A stretch of DNA of 37,039 nucleotides from Octopus sinensis (Eukaryota): positions 1 through 37,039 of the forward strand of contig NW_021829912.1 of NCBI RefSeq assembly GCF_006345805.1, read 5' to 3'. Numbering within the stretch: position 1 is the stretch's first letter; every line of letters starts with the position of its first letter. A program made the translations under genes and the position numbers. The notes beneath the pieces are model-generated. The model did no database searches. It saw only the letters and a list, made by a program, of their open reading frames with translations, and had not been told where the DNA came from. Of the stretch, positions 12,812 to 24,489 are shown in pieces.

Positions 12812-12856
12812 TATATCCGCATACGTGTGTATATATGTATACACAAACACATATAG

Positions 12857-13010
12857 GCATGAATGTGTGGTTTGCTTCCAGCCACTCGGTTTCGGGTTCA
12901 TTGCGACTGCGTGGTACCTTAGGCAAGTACCCTTTAGTATACTCTCGGGCCGACTAAAGCATTATAAGTGGATTTGGTACACGGAAACTGGAAGATCCCC
13001 GTCGTACATA
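12857..13010 (+). mobile_element. SINE family A, diverged 5' half
   Basis: GGGTTCATTGCGACTGCGTGGTACCTTAGGCAAG...GTGGATTTGGTACACGGAAACTG. Confidence 0.75.
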
Positions 13011-13019
13011 CATACGCCT

Positions 13020-13053
<34 letters not shown>

Positions 13054-13096
13054 ATATATATATAATGTGTGTGTGTGTGTGGTGTGTGTGTGTGTA

Positions 13097-13127
<31 letters not shown>

Positions 13128-13157
13128 GTATATATATATATATATATTACATGTATG

Positions 13158-13188
<31 letters not shown>

Positions 13189-13204
13189 TATACATCCATA
13201 TATT

Positions 13205-13242
<38 letters not shown>

Positions 13243-13254
13243 CATATACATACA

Positions 13255-13467
13255 ATAGAGAGATGCTTTTGTTTCACTTTTAATACGTAATACTGAAATA
13301 GTGGAGATGTGATATTGCTGTGGGCTCGCCCTAGGCAAGAAGTTAAACTTTTTTTGCCCATGACACTACATGAACCCTAAGTAAGGCATGTGTAAAATTT
13401 GAATGAAATTGGTTGAGTAGTTCTCAAGTTTTAGTGATTCGCACAGACAGACAGACACACATTCTCA

Positions 13468-13502
<35 letters not shown>
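13255..13502 (+). mobile_element. Helentron/DINE-like non-autonomous element, 3' part
   Basis: AAATTTGAATGAAATTGGTTGAGTAG...(ACAG)n...TTTTATATATATAG follows the HINE/Lep1-type 3' layout also seen at 27240-27625. Confidence 0.5.
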
Positions 13503-13534
<32 letters not shown>

Positions 13535-13782
13535 TGAGAGCGCGAGAGAGGGAGAGATAGAGAGAGGTTATGAGAGGTAATGGTGTCAGTGAAACCCAAA
13601 GGTGTCAGGTACTGCTGAATAAGTGCTATGAATAAACCATAGTTAAGTTCCAGATTCGGTGGTTATGCGAATAAGGGGTCCAACTTAGGCCATATATCAG
13701 CGAGTGTATATAAAACATTTTTTTCGCAACGAGATAAAAAAAAATACCAAGGCTGTGTAAATTTTAGAACATTTATAAATGG

Positions 13783-13830
13783 GTCTTATAGCTGTTTCTA
13801 GGATATTTATTATATCCCTTCGTCGGAGAC
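13783..13830 (-). ncRNA. Minimal type-I hammerhead ribozyme motif, variant core
   Basis: Minus strand: GTCT-CCGACGA-A-GGGATAT-AATAA-ATATCCT-A-GAAAC-AGCT-ATA-AGAC. Stem I GTCT/AGAC, stem II 6-7 bp, palindromic AGCT loop III. Core has U4C, and the triplet is AUA instead of GUA. Confidence 0.65.
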
Positions 13831-14130
13831 GGAGTGAGAAGATGGTTAAGTAATAGTTAATTTAGATAAGATACGAAATAAAGAGACAAAAGGTGGATTT
13901 GGTATAACTCTGTTCTGCACGACAATCGTTTCAACTGATCCTACGACTGTCCCTTAAGGGTGGAATGGTGTCCATCATATTGTCTTGTATCAATTTTGCA
14001 GTCTTGGTCATATCAGGTTTAAGTGGTCATTTGGTTATTTACCCGCCTGTTAATTGAAGCGGGAAAATAACAACATGACCGTCCGAACTCAAGATCTTTA
14101 GTGAGACACCATCTTATGTATGAATATACC

Positions 14131-14361
14131 TATTTCTTTATTACCCATAAGGTGCTAAACATAGAGGGGACAAACAAGGACAGACATAGGTATTAAGTCG
14201 ATTACATCGACTCCAGTGCGTCACTGGTACTTAATTTATCGACCCCGAAAAGATGTGGGGCAAAGTCAACCTCGGCGGAATTTGAACTCAGAACGTAACG
14301 ACAGACGAAATACGGCTACGCATTTCGCCCGGCGTGCTAACGTTTCTGCCAGCTTGCCGCC
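14131..14361 (-). mobile_element. SINE family B, tail variant B2, full length with 17-bp TSD
   Basis: Head GGCGGCAAGCTGGCAGAAACG and tail ...GTAATAAAGAAATA. TSD TTATGTATGAATATACC (14114-14130) / TTATGTATGACTATACC (14362-14378). Confidence 0.9.
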
Positions 14362-14689
14362 TTATGTATGACTATACCTGATGTGATTCAGACTGCAAGA
14401 CTGATGCAACAAAGTATGATGCACCCTTAAGAGTCAGTTGCAGTTTGGCTCGGAACGATCGTCGTACAAAATTAAGAGTCATATCAAATCCATCTTCTGT
14501 TTCCTTTATCGATTATCATCTCAACTAACTCTGCTGTATTATTTCTCGAGTGCATCCAACGGAAATATACTCCAACTGCGTATGACACCAGGTAGCCAAA
14601 AACGGTGCCAGTGCTTTGATCAACAAATCGGCACACTAATTGACATATACCCATTAGTCCAAAATGTGACATATATATATATGTGCGTG

Positions 14690-14741
<52 letters not shown>

Positions 14742-14757
14742 CGCGTGCGTGCGTGTG

Positions 14758-15053
14758 GAGGCGCAATGGCCCAGTGGTTAGGGCAGCGGACTCGCGGTTG
14801 TAGGATCGTGGGTTCGATTCCCTGACCGCGTGTTGTGAGTGTTTATTGAGTGAAAACACCTAAAGTTCCACGAGGCCCCGATAGAGGGTGGTGGTGATCC
14901 CTGCTATACTCTTTCTCCACAACTTTCTCTCACTCTTTCTTCTGTTGGCCTGCTCACTTAGCCAGCGGGGTGGCGTCATTTGAAGGCTAAAACAATGCGA
15001 AGCGCATAGTGACCAGCGATGTGTAGCAACATCTGATAGCCTGGTCGGTCACG
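14758..15053 (+). mobile_element. tRNA-derived SINE family C, tail variant C1
   Basis: Head GGAGGCGCAATGGCCCAGTGGTTAGGGC...GGGTTCGATTCCC with A and B boxes. Near-identical copy at 22569-22853. Confidence 0.9.
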
Positions 15054-15269
15054 CTATCTTTAAGGTAATATGCTTTACGTTGGTTTGATATCACCTTTTC
15101 ATATATTTGTAAAGTATATATGCGGAAGTATACATATGGGGTGCATGTGGCAAGAATGTTAGCAACACATGCAACTTGAATGAAGCTCGAACACTGATTA
15201 TGGAAAACATGAATAATAAAATGAAATGCAATTATACTAAATGAACGGGTATTTATAAAGCAATGACAA

Positions 15270-18200
15270 TCACTACTCTTGGTTCTGACTATTGTTTGAA
15301 GCTTGCTCTATTTTAACAAGGAATTCATAGCTCAAATTAGTATATGTTTTGAATAGGATTTGATTGTTAGATGATAGTCACGTAACTGGTCTTAGAAATT
15401 TCAGTAGGTTCCCCGCTACGTCCGTGTGTTAATATCAAGTAACAATGTTTGGTCTTAAGTTAAGGCTGTCACGGTTGACTAAACATGTCCAATCAACGCT
15501 CTGAATGTTTTCTGTCAAGTGTTTGTGGAGAATGATTAGATTCATAACCTTTTGTACGTTTCCCGCTACGTCCGTGCGTTAGTGTAACATGGCAGTCTAT
15601 TTTGCGCCTAAAAAGAAGGCAGACACAGTTGAGTGAACATGTTTAGTTATAATCAAGGCACTCCAAAGTTAATCTGTCTGGTGGGAATGTAGACAGGAGT
15701 CGTTTATTTGTCCAGTGCTTGAAGTTTAGCTTGTGAGCTGTATAGCTTCCTCATAATAAGTGGCAGAATGAGCTTTGCGTGTGTATAGTTATTTATGTAT
15801 GTACTCTGTTAAAGTTTATTAAGTCTTGGTTTATATTTTTGTATGAAAGTATTTTCTTTGTTTATCAGAGCTTCATCAGTGGTATTCGCTGAACATGGGA
15901 AGACCTGGAATTTGGGGGACTTATTTTTTGCACATATATCTCATATATCTTTGTGTCCACTCAGTAGAATCTGTCTAGTATTGGGTTTCGTATTTGTTGT
16001 CTGTGACTGTTCAGTCTATTTCTTAGAATAAGCTTTGTTTGACTTATATAATCTTCATTACATCTTTGACATTTGAAAGCGTATATGAAATTCCTAGAAG
16101 ATCATCTAAAGCGATTTTTTTACGGTAAAAGTCTGTCCTGATTTGAATTTGTATGTTGTGTCTTCAATAAGATTGATGCAGGTCCCGCAATTGGGGCGGC
16201 AACACATTTTGACTTGGTGTAGGAATTGTGGAAAGTAATTTAGCACTTGTGAGGAATTTGGTGGGGGGAGGGGGGACTTTTTCTTTTACTCTTGATTATT
16301 CTGTGTATTTTGAATGCTTGTTTCATTCTTGGGTCTTGTTCTAGTAGTGGGATGTTCTGGTGGATAATATTGTAAACCACTGTGTTTCTTGGGTTGTGTG
16401 TTGTAATAAAGGGTGGCGTATTGGATGTGTCTGGAGCATTTTTTAATTTTTCATAGTTCTTCGATATTCATTGCTTTGGCACGTTCTATTCCGTTGTCTG
16501 TTAGCATTACTGGAATTGCAGTACTTGTTTTAGTTCCTGGAGTCTTTTATTGCGAGTTTCAGGGTCCGATACAATTGTGTAGACTCTTCATGCAAGATTA
16601 AAGGGGATATTATTCTTCGTGTATTTGAGATAGCATGAGGAGGGCAACAAGATTGTTTAGAATCTGTTTGTTTGCAATGAATATCTCTTTCAATGTTTTT
16701 TTCTCTTTTGATGATTAGTATATCCAGGAATGGTGGTTGAGTTTTACTGTATTCCACGGTAAAGTTAATATTATAGTTTATGTTGTCGGTTACATTTTTG
16801 AAATCTATAAGGATTAGGCAGTCATCTAAGTAACGTTTCCAGCTTTCTAGTAGTTATTTGTGGAGGTTTAAGCCATATATTAATCTAGATTGTTCATATA
16901 TTTGGACCTCTATGTATGCCATGACTAAATTGGTGTAAGTCGAAATAACTTTCATCCCCAGCGCAGTCCCAGATATTTGTTTGTAAATATTGCCATCGAA
17001 GTCAAAAATGTTGTTTTCGAAGATAAACTTAAATCCTTCAGTGATGAAACTCTTTTCAATTCTGCCTGGAATTCGTGAGGAAATTTCCCAAGCCAGAAAT
17101 TTATTGCCTCTAGTCCATATTGGTGTGGGATTGTGGTATAAAGGTTTACCACAACAAAAGATACAATAGTGGTATCATTGTTTATGGATTTGGGGAGCTG
17201 GTTTAACAGGTCCAGGTCGTCCCTCACAAGACATGGTATGTATTTTAAGTTAGGTTTCAGTAATATATCTAAAAAGTTTCACAGTTCGGGCCTGCTACGG
17301 TTGGTCTAAATTTAAAGTCGGTGGTAGATTGTATGTTTGTGCAACTTTACATGCATTCTTGTGGGTTTTTGGGAGACCGTAGAAGTAGCTAGTCTTACAA
17401 TCAAAACGGGTTAGGTCGTCACCACTTTTGTTTGTTAAACCTTATAGATGTTTGGGATTGAGGGTATTCAGTTTAGTCATTGTCTTTGATTTTTGGTAAT
17501 TATTTACCGTTTCGGTAATGGGTCATATCTTGTAATATAGATAATCTATCTCTTTTGTAGTGTTCCATATCCATAATTACTATAGCACTTCCCTTATCTG
17601 CTTCTTTAATTATAATATCGTTATGTTTTTTAGTTCATGTATAATATCTCATTCCTTTCGACTAGTATTGGGCGTAATTTTAAGATGTGGAAGGTCGATA
17701 TAAAATCACAACATTTATCTAAAACTTTATTCTTACCTTTCGTAGGCTTGTAATTGCTCTTGTTTCTTACAATTGATTCGTCTCTGGTTTCCATATCGTA
17801 CAATTTCTCTGTTAGGCGTAGTTTTCTACAGAACTCTGAAATGTACTGTATTTCATTGGAGTAAGGGCGCTGTAATGTTGGGTAAATTAATTTCTTCTAC
17901 CGAGGGAGATTTTTTGGATAGGTTAATTATCTTCGGTTTCTCATTTTTGGTTTGTATCATCTGGTGTCGGTTGGATCTAAAAAATGATTTTTCAAAGTTT
18001 TCGTTTTACTACTATTTATATATCCGAGGACATTTTCTCTGTTAACTTGTCCTTTTTTGCATTGATTTCGTACGTTTCTTGTTTTGGATTGTGGTTCTTT
18101 CTTTCTGTAATTGTCTTTTAAGTTGATATATTTTATCCGTTGTGTATATCTTCAGTTTGAGGGAAATTCAGTCTAGTCGGAGGGAAAACTTCGATTCTTT

Positions 18201-19420
18201 TAGTTGGATTATTTTGTTGTCGAAGTAGTCTTGAATTGTCCTTATGGAATTGGTGACTATAATTTCAATATTTAGATGTTTGATTAATCAGTTGCGAATG
18301 GGGTTTGTTGATTTTAACTTTCTTCAGTTTTTGAAATGAGATTCATAACTGGAGAACCAAAGAGCACTTCTCTCCCGCCGTTGAAGAGATGTTAATTCCT
18401 CGTTTTCTCATTTTTCTCTCCAAAGTTTAATATTGTTTTCTCAAGCTTCGGATGTTTTTGAAATTTCTGTTTTCATTTGTGCATCAATCGTTTTAATTTT
18501 TTTCTTCGTTGGAATTCGCTCTTAGCCGTAAATAGCTGGGTTTCCATTCTGAATTTGTCGAGAGCCATCTTTTCTCTAAGTTTTTGTTGTTGTTCGGGTT
18601 CATTAGCGATAGATTTTATTTGTAGTTTCTTTGAGAGGATGATCAGTGTTGAATTGAGCCATTTTTCATATATTTCCGCTTTGCCATTATTTTTAATGAA
18701 GTTCCAAAAGGCAAATTTACAGATTGTGAGATTTTGGTTCCATACATGTTTAACAGTGTTTTCGATTGCAGCGGTTTCTCGTTGCAGGTTGATGTTATCT
18801 TTTTGTTCCGTCTTTGAATTTTGTTCGGGTTTCAGGATCATCACTGTTTCTATAGCTTTACATAATTGGTTGAGGGTTTGAACAACTGCCGTTTCTTCTA
18901 TTTTTCTTCCTCTTTCAAGTCTTCAAGCGTTTCCTCAGTATAGGTCTGTATCACGTCTATTATGTTGGATAAGACTGTAAGCTTGGAGGAGACCTCTTCC
19001 AGTTCTTTTAGTATCTCTAGGTTCAACGTGTTTTCGCATTGGTCAGGCTTTTGTAGCATTTTCGTTTTTCGTGGTGTGAGTATATATATATAGAAAGCAA
19101 AGTTATTTTATTCCACACGGGTAGAAATGTTGGGAAAAGAGAAGTTGAAAATGCACTGAGAATAGTTAAAATACTTTTTATTAATATATTTAAAGCTTTA
19201 ACCGGTTTCACAGTTTACATTGATTTTCAAAGAGTTAAAATAGAAAGACGTGGCTTACATTGGAGCTGTTTTGTTTCTGACTAGTGTTTGAAGCTTGCCC
19301 TATTTTTATAGGTTTCCCGCTACGTCCGTGTGTTTCCATTAAGTGACAATGTTTGGCGTCGTAAGTTAAGGCTGATACGACTGACTGAATATATCCAAAC
19401 ATGATGGTGCTAATTATCAA
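15270..19420 (-). mobile_element. Penelope-like retroelement, near full length and degraded, probably Neptune-type
   Basis: RT and GIY-YIG motifs lie in order on the minus strand. A ~150-bp unit containing CCCGCTACGTCCGTG occurs at both ends (19270-19410 and 15270-15730), as expected for pseudo-LTRs. Confidence 0.88.
15809..19059 (-). pseudogene. PLE polyprotein pseudogene (N-terminal region, RT, Cys linker, GIY-YIG) with many stops and frameshifts
   Basis: Manual translation gives KIINLSKK (~17920), FCRKLRL, IIIKEADKGSAIVIMD (~17565-17620), FYGLPKTHK (~17370), SFVVVNLYTTIPH, QISGTALGMK, WKRYLDDCLIL (~16825), PFLDILI, CCRPNCGTC (~16190), NFIYAFKCQRCNEDYISQTK..LRNRLNSHRQ and KENTFIQKYKPRLNKL*. 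Confidence 0.92.
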
Positions 19421-19654
19421 AACTATTATAATAATTTAAACCTTAAAACTCTCAAGGGCAGCGTTCGACATTTACTACCTCAAAAGGACAAAATACTTCG
19501 AGGGATTTCGTCTGTCTGTACACTGGTAGACACTGTAGCTAAATAATACGATAGATGATGAAGTCTAAAGATGTCTGAAAAGACGAGAATGTTAGGACTG
19601 GAATACGTATGATCATAGGTTATTTCATTGAAAAGTCGATCTTGATAAACAATT

Positions 19655-19800
19655 ACGTTCAAATTCCGTTGAGGTCGACTTTGTCTATCATCTGTTCGGA
19701 GTTGATAAGATGAGTACCAGTCAAAGACTGGGGTCGATGTAATCGACTAGCCCCACTCGCACAAAATTTCAGACCTTGAGCCTTTAGCAAAAAAGGATTA
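19655..19800 (+). mobile_element. SINE family B, body and tail
   Basis: GTTCAAATTCCGTTGAGGTCGACTTTG...CAAAATTTCAGACCTTG. Confidence 0.8.
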
Positions 19801-19821
19801 ATTATAACACTTATTACGCTT

Positions 19822-20042
19822 TCTTTTACTCTTTTACTTGTTTCAGTCATTTGACTGCGGCCGTGCTGGAGCACCGCCTTTAGTCGAAAAAATCGACCCC
19901 AGGACTTATCCTTTGTAAGCCTGGTACTTATTCTATCGGTCTCTTTTGCCGAACCGCTAAGGTACATGGACGTAAACACACCAGCATCGGCTGTCAAGCG
20001 TTGTTGGGGGACAATCACAGACACAAAAACATATAGATACAC

Positions 20043-20085
<43 letters not shown>

Positions 20086-20243
20086 CGACAAGCTTCTTTC
20101 AGTTTCCGTCTACCAAATACACTCACTAGGCTTTGGTCGGCCCAAGGCTATAGTTGAAGACACTTACCCAAGGTGTCACGCAGTGGGACTGAACCCGGAA
20201 CAATGTGGTTGGCAAGCAAGCTACTTACCACAGAACCACACCT
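19822..20243 (-). mobile_element. SINE family A, full length
   Basis: Colinear with the other family A copies. Confidence 0.9.
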
Positions 20244-20256
20244 GCGTCACTATCTA

Positions 20257-20478
20257 AAGCGGCGAGCTGACAGAATCGTTAGCTCATCGGACAAATTCGT
20301 AGCAGTATTTTTGGGGGGCTTTACATCCTGAGTTCAAATGCAGCCCAGCACGAGCTTTCCTTTTATTCTTTCGAGGGTCGATAAAATAAGTATTAGTTTC
20401 GTAACGAATTCCATGTAACCGACTGGATTCCACTCGCCAAATTTCAGGCCTTGTGCCTATAAGTAGAAACAAGTATTT
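20257..20478 (+). mobile_element. SINE family B, diverged full length
   Basis: Head GCGGCGAGCTGACAGAATCGTTAG and tail CAAATTTCAGGCCTTGTGCCTATAAGTAGAA. Confidence 0.8.
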
Positions 20479-20529
20479 ATAGCTATATCTACTTCGAGTT
20501 CTACTGATAAAAACGAATTAATAATAAAT

Positions 20530-20725
20530 AGATTGGCTTCAAATTTTAACACAAGGCCAACAATTTCAGAGGAGAGTGTAACTCAACTATTTCGACATTA
20601 ATACTCAATTGATACGCGTTTTATGGACCCCTAAAAGGGATGAAAGGAAAAGTCGACCTCGGTGGTATTCGAACGTAAAGACGGACGAAATATCACTATG
20701 CATTTTACCCGGCGTGCTCGCCGCC
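20530..20725 (-). mobile_element. SINE family B, diverged
   Basis: Reverse-complement head GGCGGCGAGCAC... and central GTCGACTTTTCCTTTCATCC. Confidence 0.75.
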
Positions 20726-20755
20726 TTAATCATAATCACATTCCTTTGTACTACA

Positions 20756-21069
20756 GGTTTGTTTGTTCCTTCTCGAGTCATGCCTGGCACATAAGGGACG
20801 GTTTCCCGGTTTCCTTGGCGTATAGGTTCCCCACCTGGACGGGAACGTCGGTACGTCGGTACGTCGCAGGTGAGCTGCAAGATGCAGGCGGAAAGAGTGA
20901 GAGAAAGTTGTGGCGAAAGAGTCAGCAGAAGTTCGCCATTACCTTCTGCCGGAGATGCGTAGAGTTTAGGTGTTTCGCTCATAAACACACACATCAGTTG
21001 GTCTGAGATTCGAACCCGCGATCCCTCGACCGCGTGTCAGCTGCTCTAACAACAAGGCCATGTGCCTCC
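20756..21069 (-). mobile_element. SINE family C, tail variant C2
   Basis: tRNA head GGAGGCACATGGCCTTGTTGTTAGAGC...GGGTTCGAATCTC. Shares CACCTAAA and CCACAACTTTCTCTCACTCTTTC with C1 but has a different 3' end (...CATGACTCGAGAAGGAACAAACAAAC). Confidence 0.8.
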
Positions 21070-21076
21070 ACCGTAC

Positions 21077-21281
21077 TATAGGTACAAGGCCTGAAACTTT
21101 GGGGGAACGGTTAATTCGATTACATCGACTCCACTGCTAAAGTGAAATTTGTTTTATAAACCTCAGGAAGGATAAAATGCAAAGTAGACCTCAGCGTTAT
21201 TTGAACTCAGAACGAAAATACAGACGAAATGCTGCTAAGCTTTTTGCACAGAGCGATAACGATTCTGCCAGTTCGCCGCCT
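21077..21281 (-). mobile_element. SINE family B, full length
   Basis: Reverse-complement head GGCGGCGAACTGGCAGAATCGTT and tail AAAGTTTCAGGCCTTGTACC. Confidence 0.8.
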
Positions 21282-21399
21282 TAATTAATTATATTCATGT
21301 TAAATACAATATTTCATCTCAGACAAAGGTTTCTAGGTAAATATTACAATGTATTGGCAGTTAGTATGTGTGTGTGTGTTTGGGAGCTGATAGCATCAT

Positions 21400-22300
21400 G
21401 AGGGAGAGGATGTCTTGTACAGACGGGGTTGGTGGTGAAGTTGGTCAATATGTCGGTAGCTGTAGCAATGGTAGCAAAGAAACTGGTGCGCAGTGGTGTT
21501 AGTGTTGTTGTTGTTGGTGGTGGTGGTGATAACGGAAGAGTCAGTGCTAGATTTAGATGTGGTGGGTTGGGGCTGTGAAGCGATGGTTGTTGTAGAGGAG
21601 ATCGTAGTAATGATGGAGGTACAAGTGGTGGTGGTGATGGTGGTGGTGATGGAGGTGGTGGTGGTGGTGGTGGTAGTGGTGGTAGCGGCAGCGGCGGTGG
21701 TAGCAGGAGTGGTGGTGGTCACGGTAGGTTGATAGGAGTGACGATAACAATGACAGTAGTATAAGAAGTGGTTCTTGAGATGGAGATGATAAGGATGTTG
21801 GTGGAGACGGCAGCGCGGCGGGGGTGATGGTGGTGAAGGTGATGATAGTGATGGCGGCAATGATAGTTTTAGCGGTGTTGATGGTGATGATAGTGGTTGT
21901 CTTGATAGTAGTGATGGTTATGGTAGTGATAATGATGCATTTATAGAAGTAGTAGTGATGGTGGTGGTGGTGGCCATCACGGAAATAGTGGTGGTGGTCA
22001 CGTTGGGATAACTGTTGGAGCGACGGTGGCACGATCAGAGTGGTGGTCGTCATACTGAAAGTTGTGATGGTGGTTGTAGTGGTAGTGATGTTGGTGGTGG
22101 TGCTGGTGATGGTTGTGCTGGCGGTGGGTGGTGGTGATGGTGGTGGTTTTGATGGTGGTGGTGACGGCGATGGTGATAGTGATGGTGGTGATCGTGATGG
22201 TGACCGTCATGATGGTGGAGGTGGTGATAGTGTTGGTGGTGATGATGGTGGTGGTGGTGGTGATGATGGTGATAGTTGTAGTGGTGGTCGTGATAGCCAT
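21400..22300. repeat. ~900-bp degenerate (GGT/GAT/GTA)n triplet tract
   Basis: Directly visible; source of the poly-T, poly-H and poly-V ORFs. Confidence 0.9.
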
Positions 22301-22448
22301 CTTGGCGATCAAACTACAAGTTCTGACTTGTTTGTGACCTGTTTTTGTTCTTGTTTCAAACGTGGGGGCGACAGACTATTGTCTGCAGTGTATATATATA
22401 TATGGGTCTGTGTGTGTGTGTGTGTGCATGTATATGTAGTAGTCTTGG

Positions 22449-22482
<34 letters not shown>

Positions 22483-22522
22483 ATATATATTATATACATA
22501 TACACACACACACACACAACAC

Positions 22523-22554
<32 letters not shown>

Positions 22555-22568
22555 ATAAATGTATATAT

Positions 22569-22849
22569 GGTGGCGCAATGACCCAGTGGTTAGGGTAGCG
22601 GACTCGCGGTCGTAGGATTGCGGTTTCGATTCCCAGACCGGGCGTTGTGAGTGTTTATTGAGTGAAAACACCTAAAGCTCTACGAGGTGGTGATCCCTGC
22701 TGTACTCTTTCACCACAATTTTCTCTCACTCTTTCTTCTGTTGGCCTGCTCGCTTAGCCATCGGGGTGGCGTCATTTGAAAGCTAAAACAATGCGAAGCG
22801 CATTGTGACCAGCGCTGTGTAGCAACATCTGATAGCCTGGTCGGTTACG

Positions 22850-22853
<4 letters not shown>
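22569..22853 (+). mobile_element. SINE family C1
   Basis: Highly similar to 14758-15053, with a short internal deletion. Confidence 0.9.
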
Positions 22854-22887
<34 letters not shown>

Positions 22888-23107
22888 TATATATGTGTAT
22901 GTGTATATATGTATATGTATACACACACACACACATATATATATAAAGTAAGGGATTACCTCAAAACGATTACCAGCTTGCTCTAAGGCATTGAGAATAT
23001 GTTATATAAATCCAATAAAGTTCTAATGAGATAAGAAATTAAAGGAATATTCCGTTTGATAATTCTGAATATATTTCATTAAGGATATAGGTTTCCCGGA
23101 GTATAAA

Positions 23108-23605
23108 TACTTGGTGTGATCAACAAGTATAGGGAGTGTTGCTGTAGTAACGAAGCTAAAGCATGCAGAGTGAAGCCGCTGGGCAAAGATCGAACTTCAA
23201 CTCTGTTGTGCATGTGTACTAAGTTTTAACGTTCTAGCTCACTTTCACTGTTTGCAGCAGTGCTTAGAAGGAAGGTGTGTAGTGTGTGATCGTCGCATTG
23301 ACCTCGACAGAAATCTGTCAATAGTGATACCTGCTCAGAGGACCACGTAATGTTGCAGAAAGTGTATGGAGAGGAGTGTATGAGTGGTTCAGACGTTTCC
23401 AAGATGGCCAAAACTGTCGATATTGACGAACATTCTGGGAGACACGCAACCAGCAAACTGAGAAAATCATCGCAGATGTGCGTGCAGCTGTGAAGGAAAT
23501 CGTCGAATCACCATCCGTGAATTATCAGAGGATTTGCAGATTTGTTACTGTTCAGTTCAGTTCATTATCACTGAAGATTTGGGTATGAGACGTGTGTCTG
23601 CCAAA
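23108..23605 (+). mobile_element. Mariner 5' part (left TIR-like end and transposase HTH remnant), interrupted by SINE A
   Basis: Starts TACTTGGTGTGATCAACAAG. Frameshifted translation HVMLQKVYGEECM..WFRRFQDG..DIDEHSGR..NRRITIRELSEDLQICYCSVQFIITEDLGMRRVSAK is a typical mariner N-terminus. Confidence 0.8.
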
Positions 23606-23630
23606 AAAATGCAAAAGAAGAATAGGCGCA

Positions 23631-24068
23631 GGAGTGGCTGTGTGGTAAGTAGCTTGTTTACCAACCACATGGTTTCGGGTTCAGTCCTACTGCGTGGCAT
23701 CTTGGGCAAGTGTCTTCTGCTATAGCCTCGGGCCGACCAATGCCTTGTGAGTGGATTTGGTAGACGGAAACTGAAAGAAGCCCGTCGTATATATGTATAT
23801 ATATATGTATATATGTATGTATGTATGTATGTGTGTGTATATGTTTGTGTGCCTGTGTTTGTCCCCCTAGCATTGCTTGACAACCCATGCTGGTGTGTTT
23901 ACGTCCCCGTAACTTAGCGGTTCGGCAAAAGAGACCGATATAATAAGTACTGGGCTTACAAAGAATAAGTCCCGGGATCGATTTGCTCGACTAAAGGCGG
24001 TGCTCCAGCATGGCCGCAGTCAAATGACTGAAACAAGTAAAAGAGTAAAAGAGTAAAAGAGTAAGAGT
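23631..24068 (+). mobile_element. SINE family A, full length, best-preserved copy
   Basis: GGAGTGGCTGTGTGGTAAGTAGC... through the (AAAGAGTA)3 tail. Confidence 0.95.
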
Positions 24069-24278
24069 ATTTCATAAGATTTCTGAGTCCGAAACTAAAC
24101 GGAAATAGCCAACAACAGTTTTACTGAAAATAACATATATTCACTTTATGTAATAACACGTGATTGAAAACTTCTATGGAAAATGATTGGTGCGTAAGAT
24201 GCCACACAACAGAATCGAAATCCCGGGCTTCATGATTGCTGAGCGAAATTCTTTAACTTTCGATTATATCGCACCTAC

Positions 24279-24326
<48 letters not shown>

Positions 24327-24434
24327 GCACGCACGCATACACACACAAATATATATGTATATATGTGTGTGTGTATGTGTGTGTATATATATGTGTGTGT
24401 GTATATATATATGTATATATATGTGTGTGTATAC

Positions 24435-24480
<46 letters not shown>

Positions 24481-24489
24481 TTATATAAA

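Noticed and set aside
14758-14830. tRNA gene-like sequences (also 22569, 21000-21069, 8883, 23631)
   Set aside because: A and B boxes are present, but each continues into a shared SINE body and lacks a complete cloverleaf; these are SINE heads.
15270-15730. CRISPR-like repeat-spacer array
   Set aside because: Eukaryotic context; the units are diverged along their whole length and belong to the PLE terminus.
18477-18881. 134-aa plus-strand ORF
   Set aside because: It is antisense to the PLE N-terminal region.
21396-22558. Mucin-like poly-Thr/poly-His ORFs
   Set aside because: A degenerate triplet repeat is open in several frames on both strands; there is no complex flanking coding sequence or convincing splice context.
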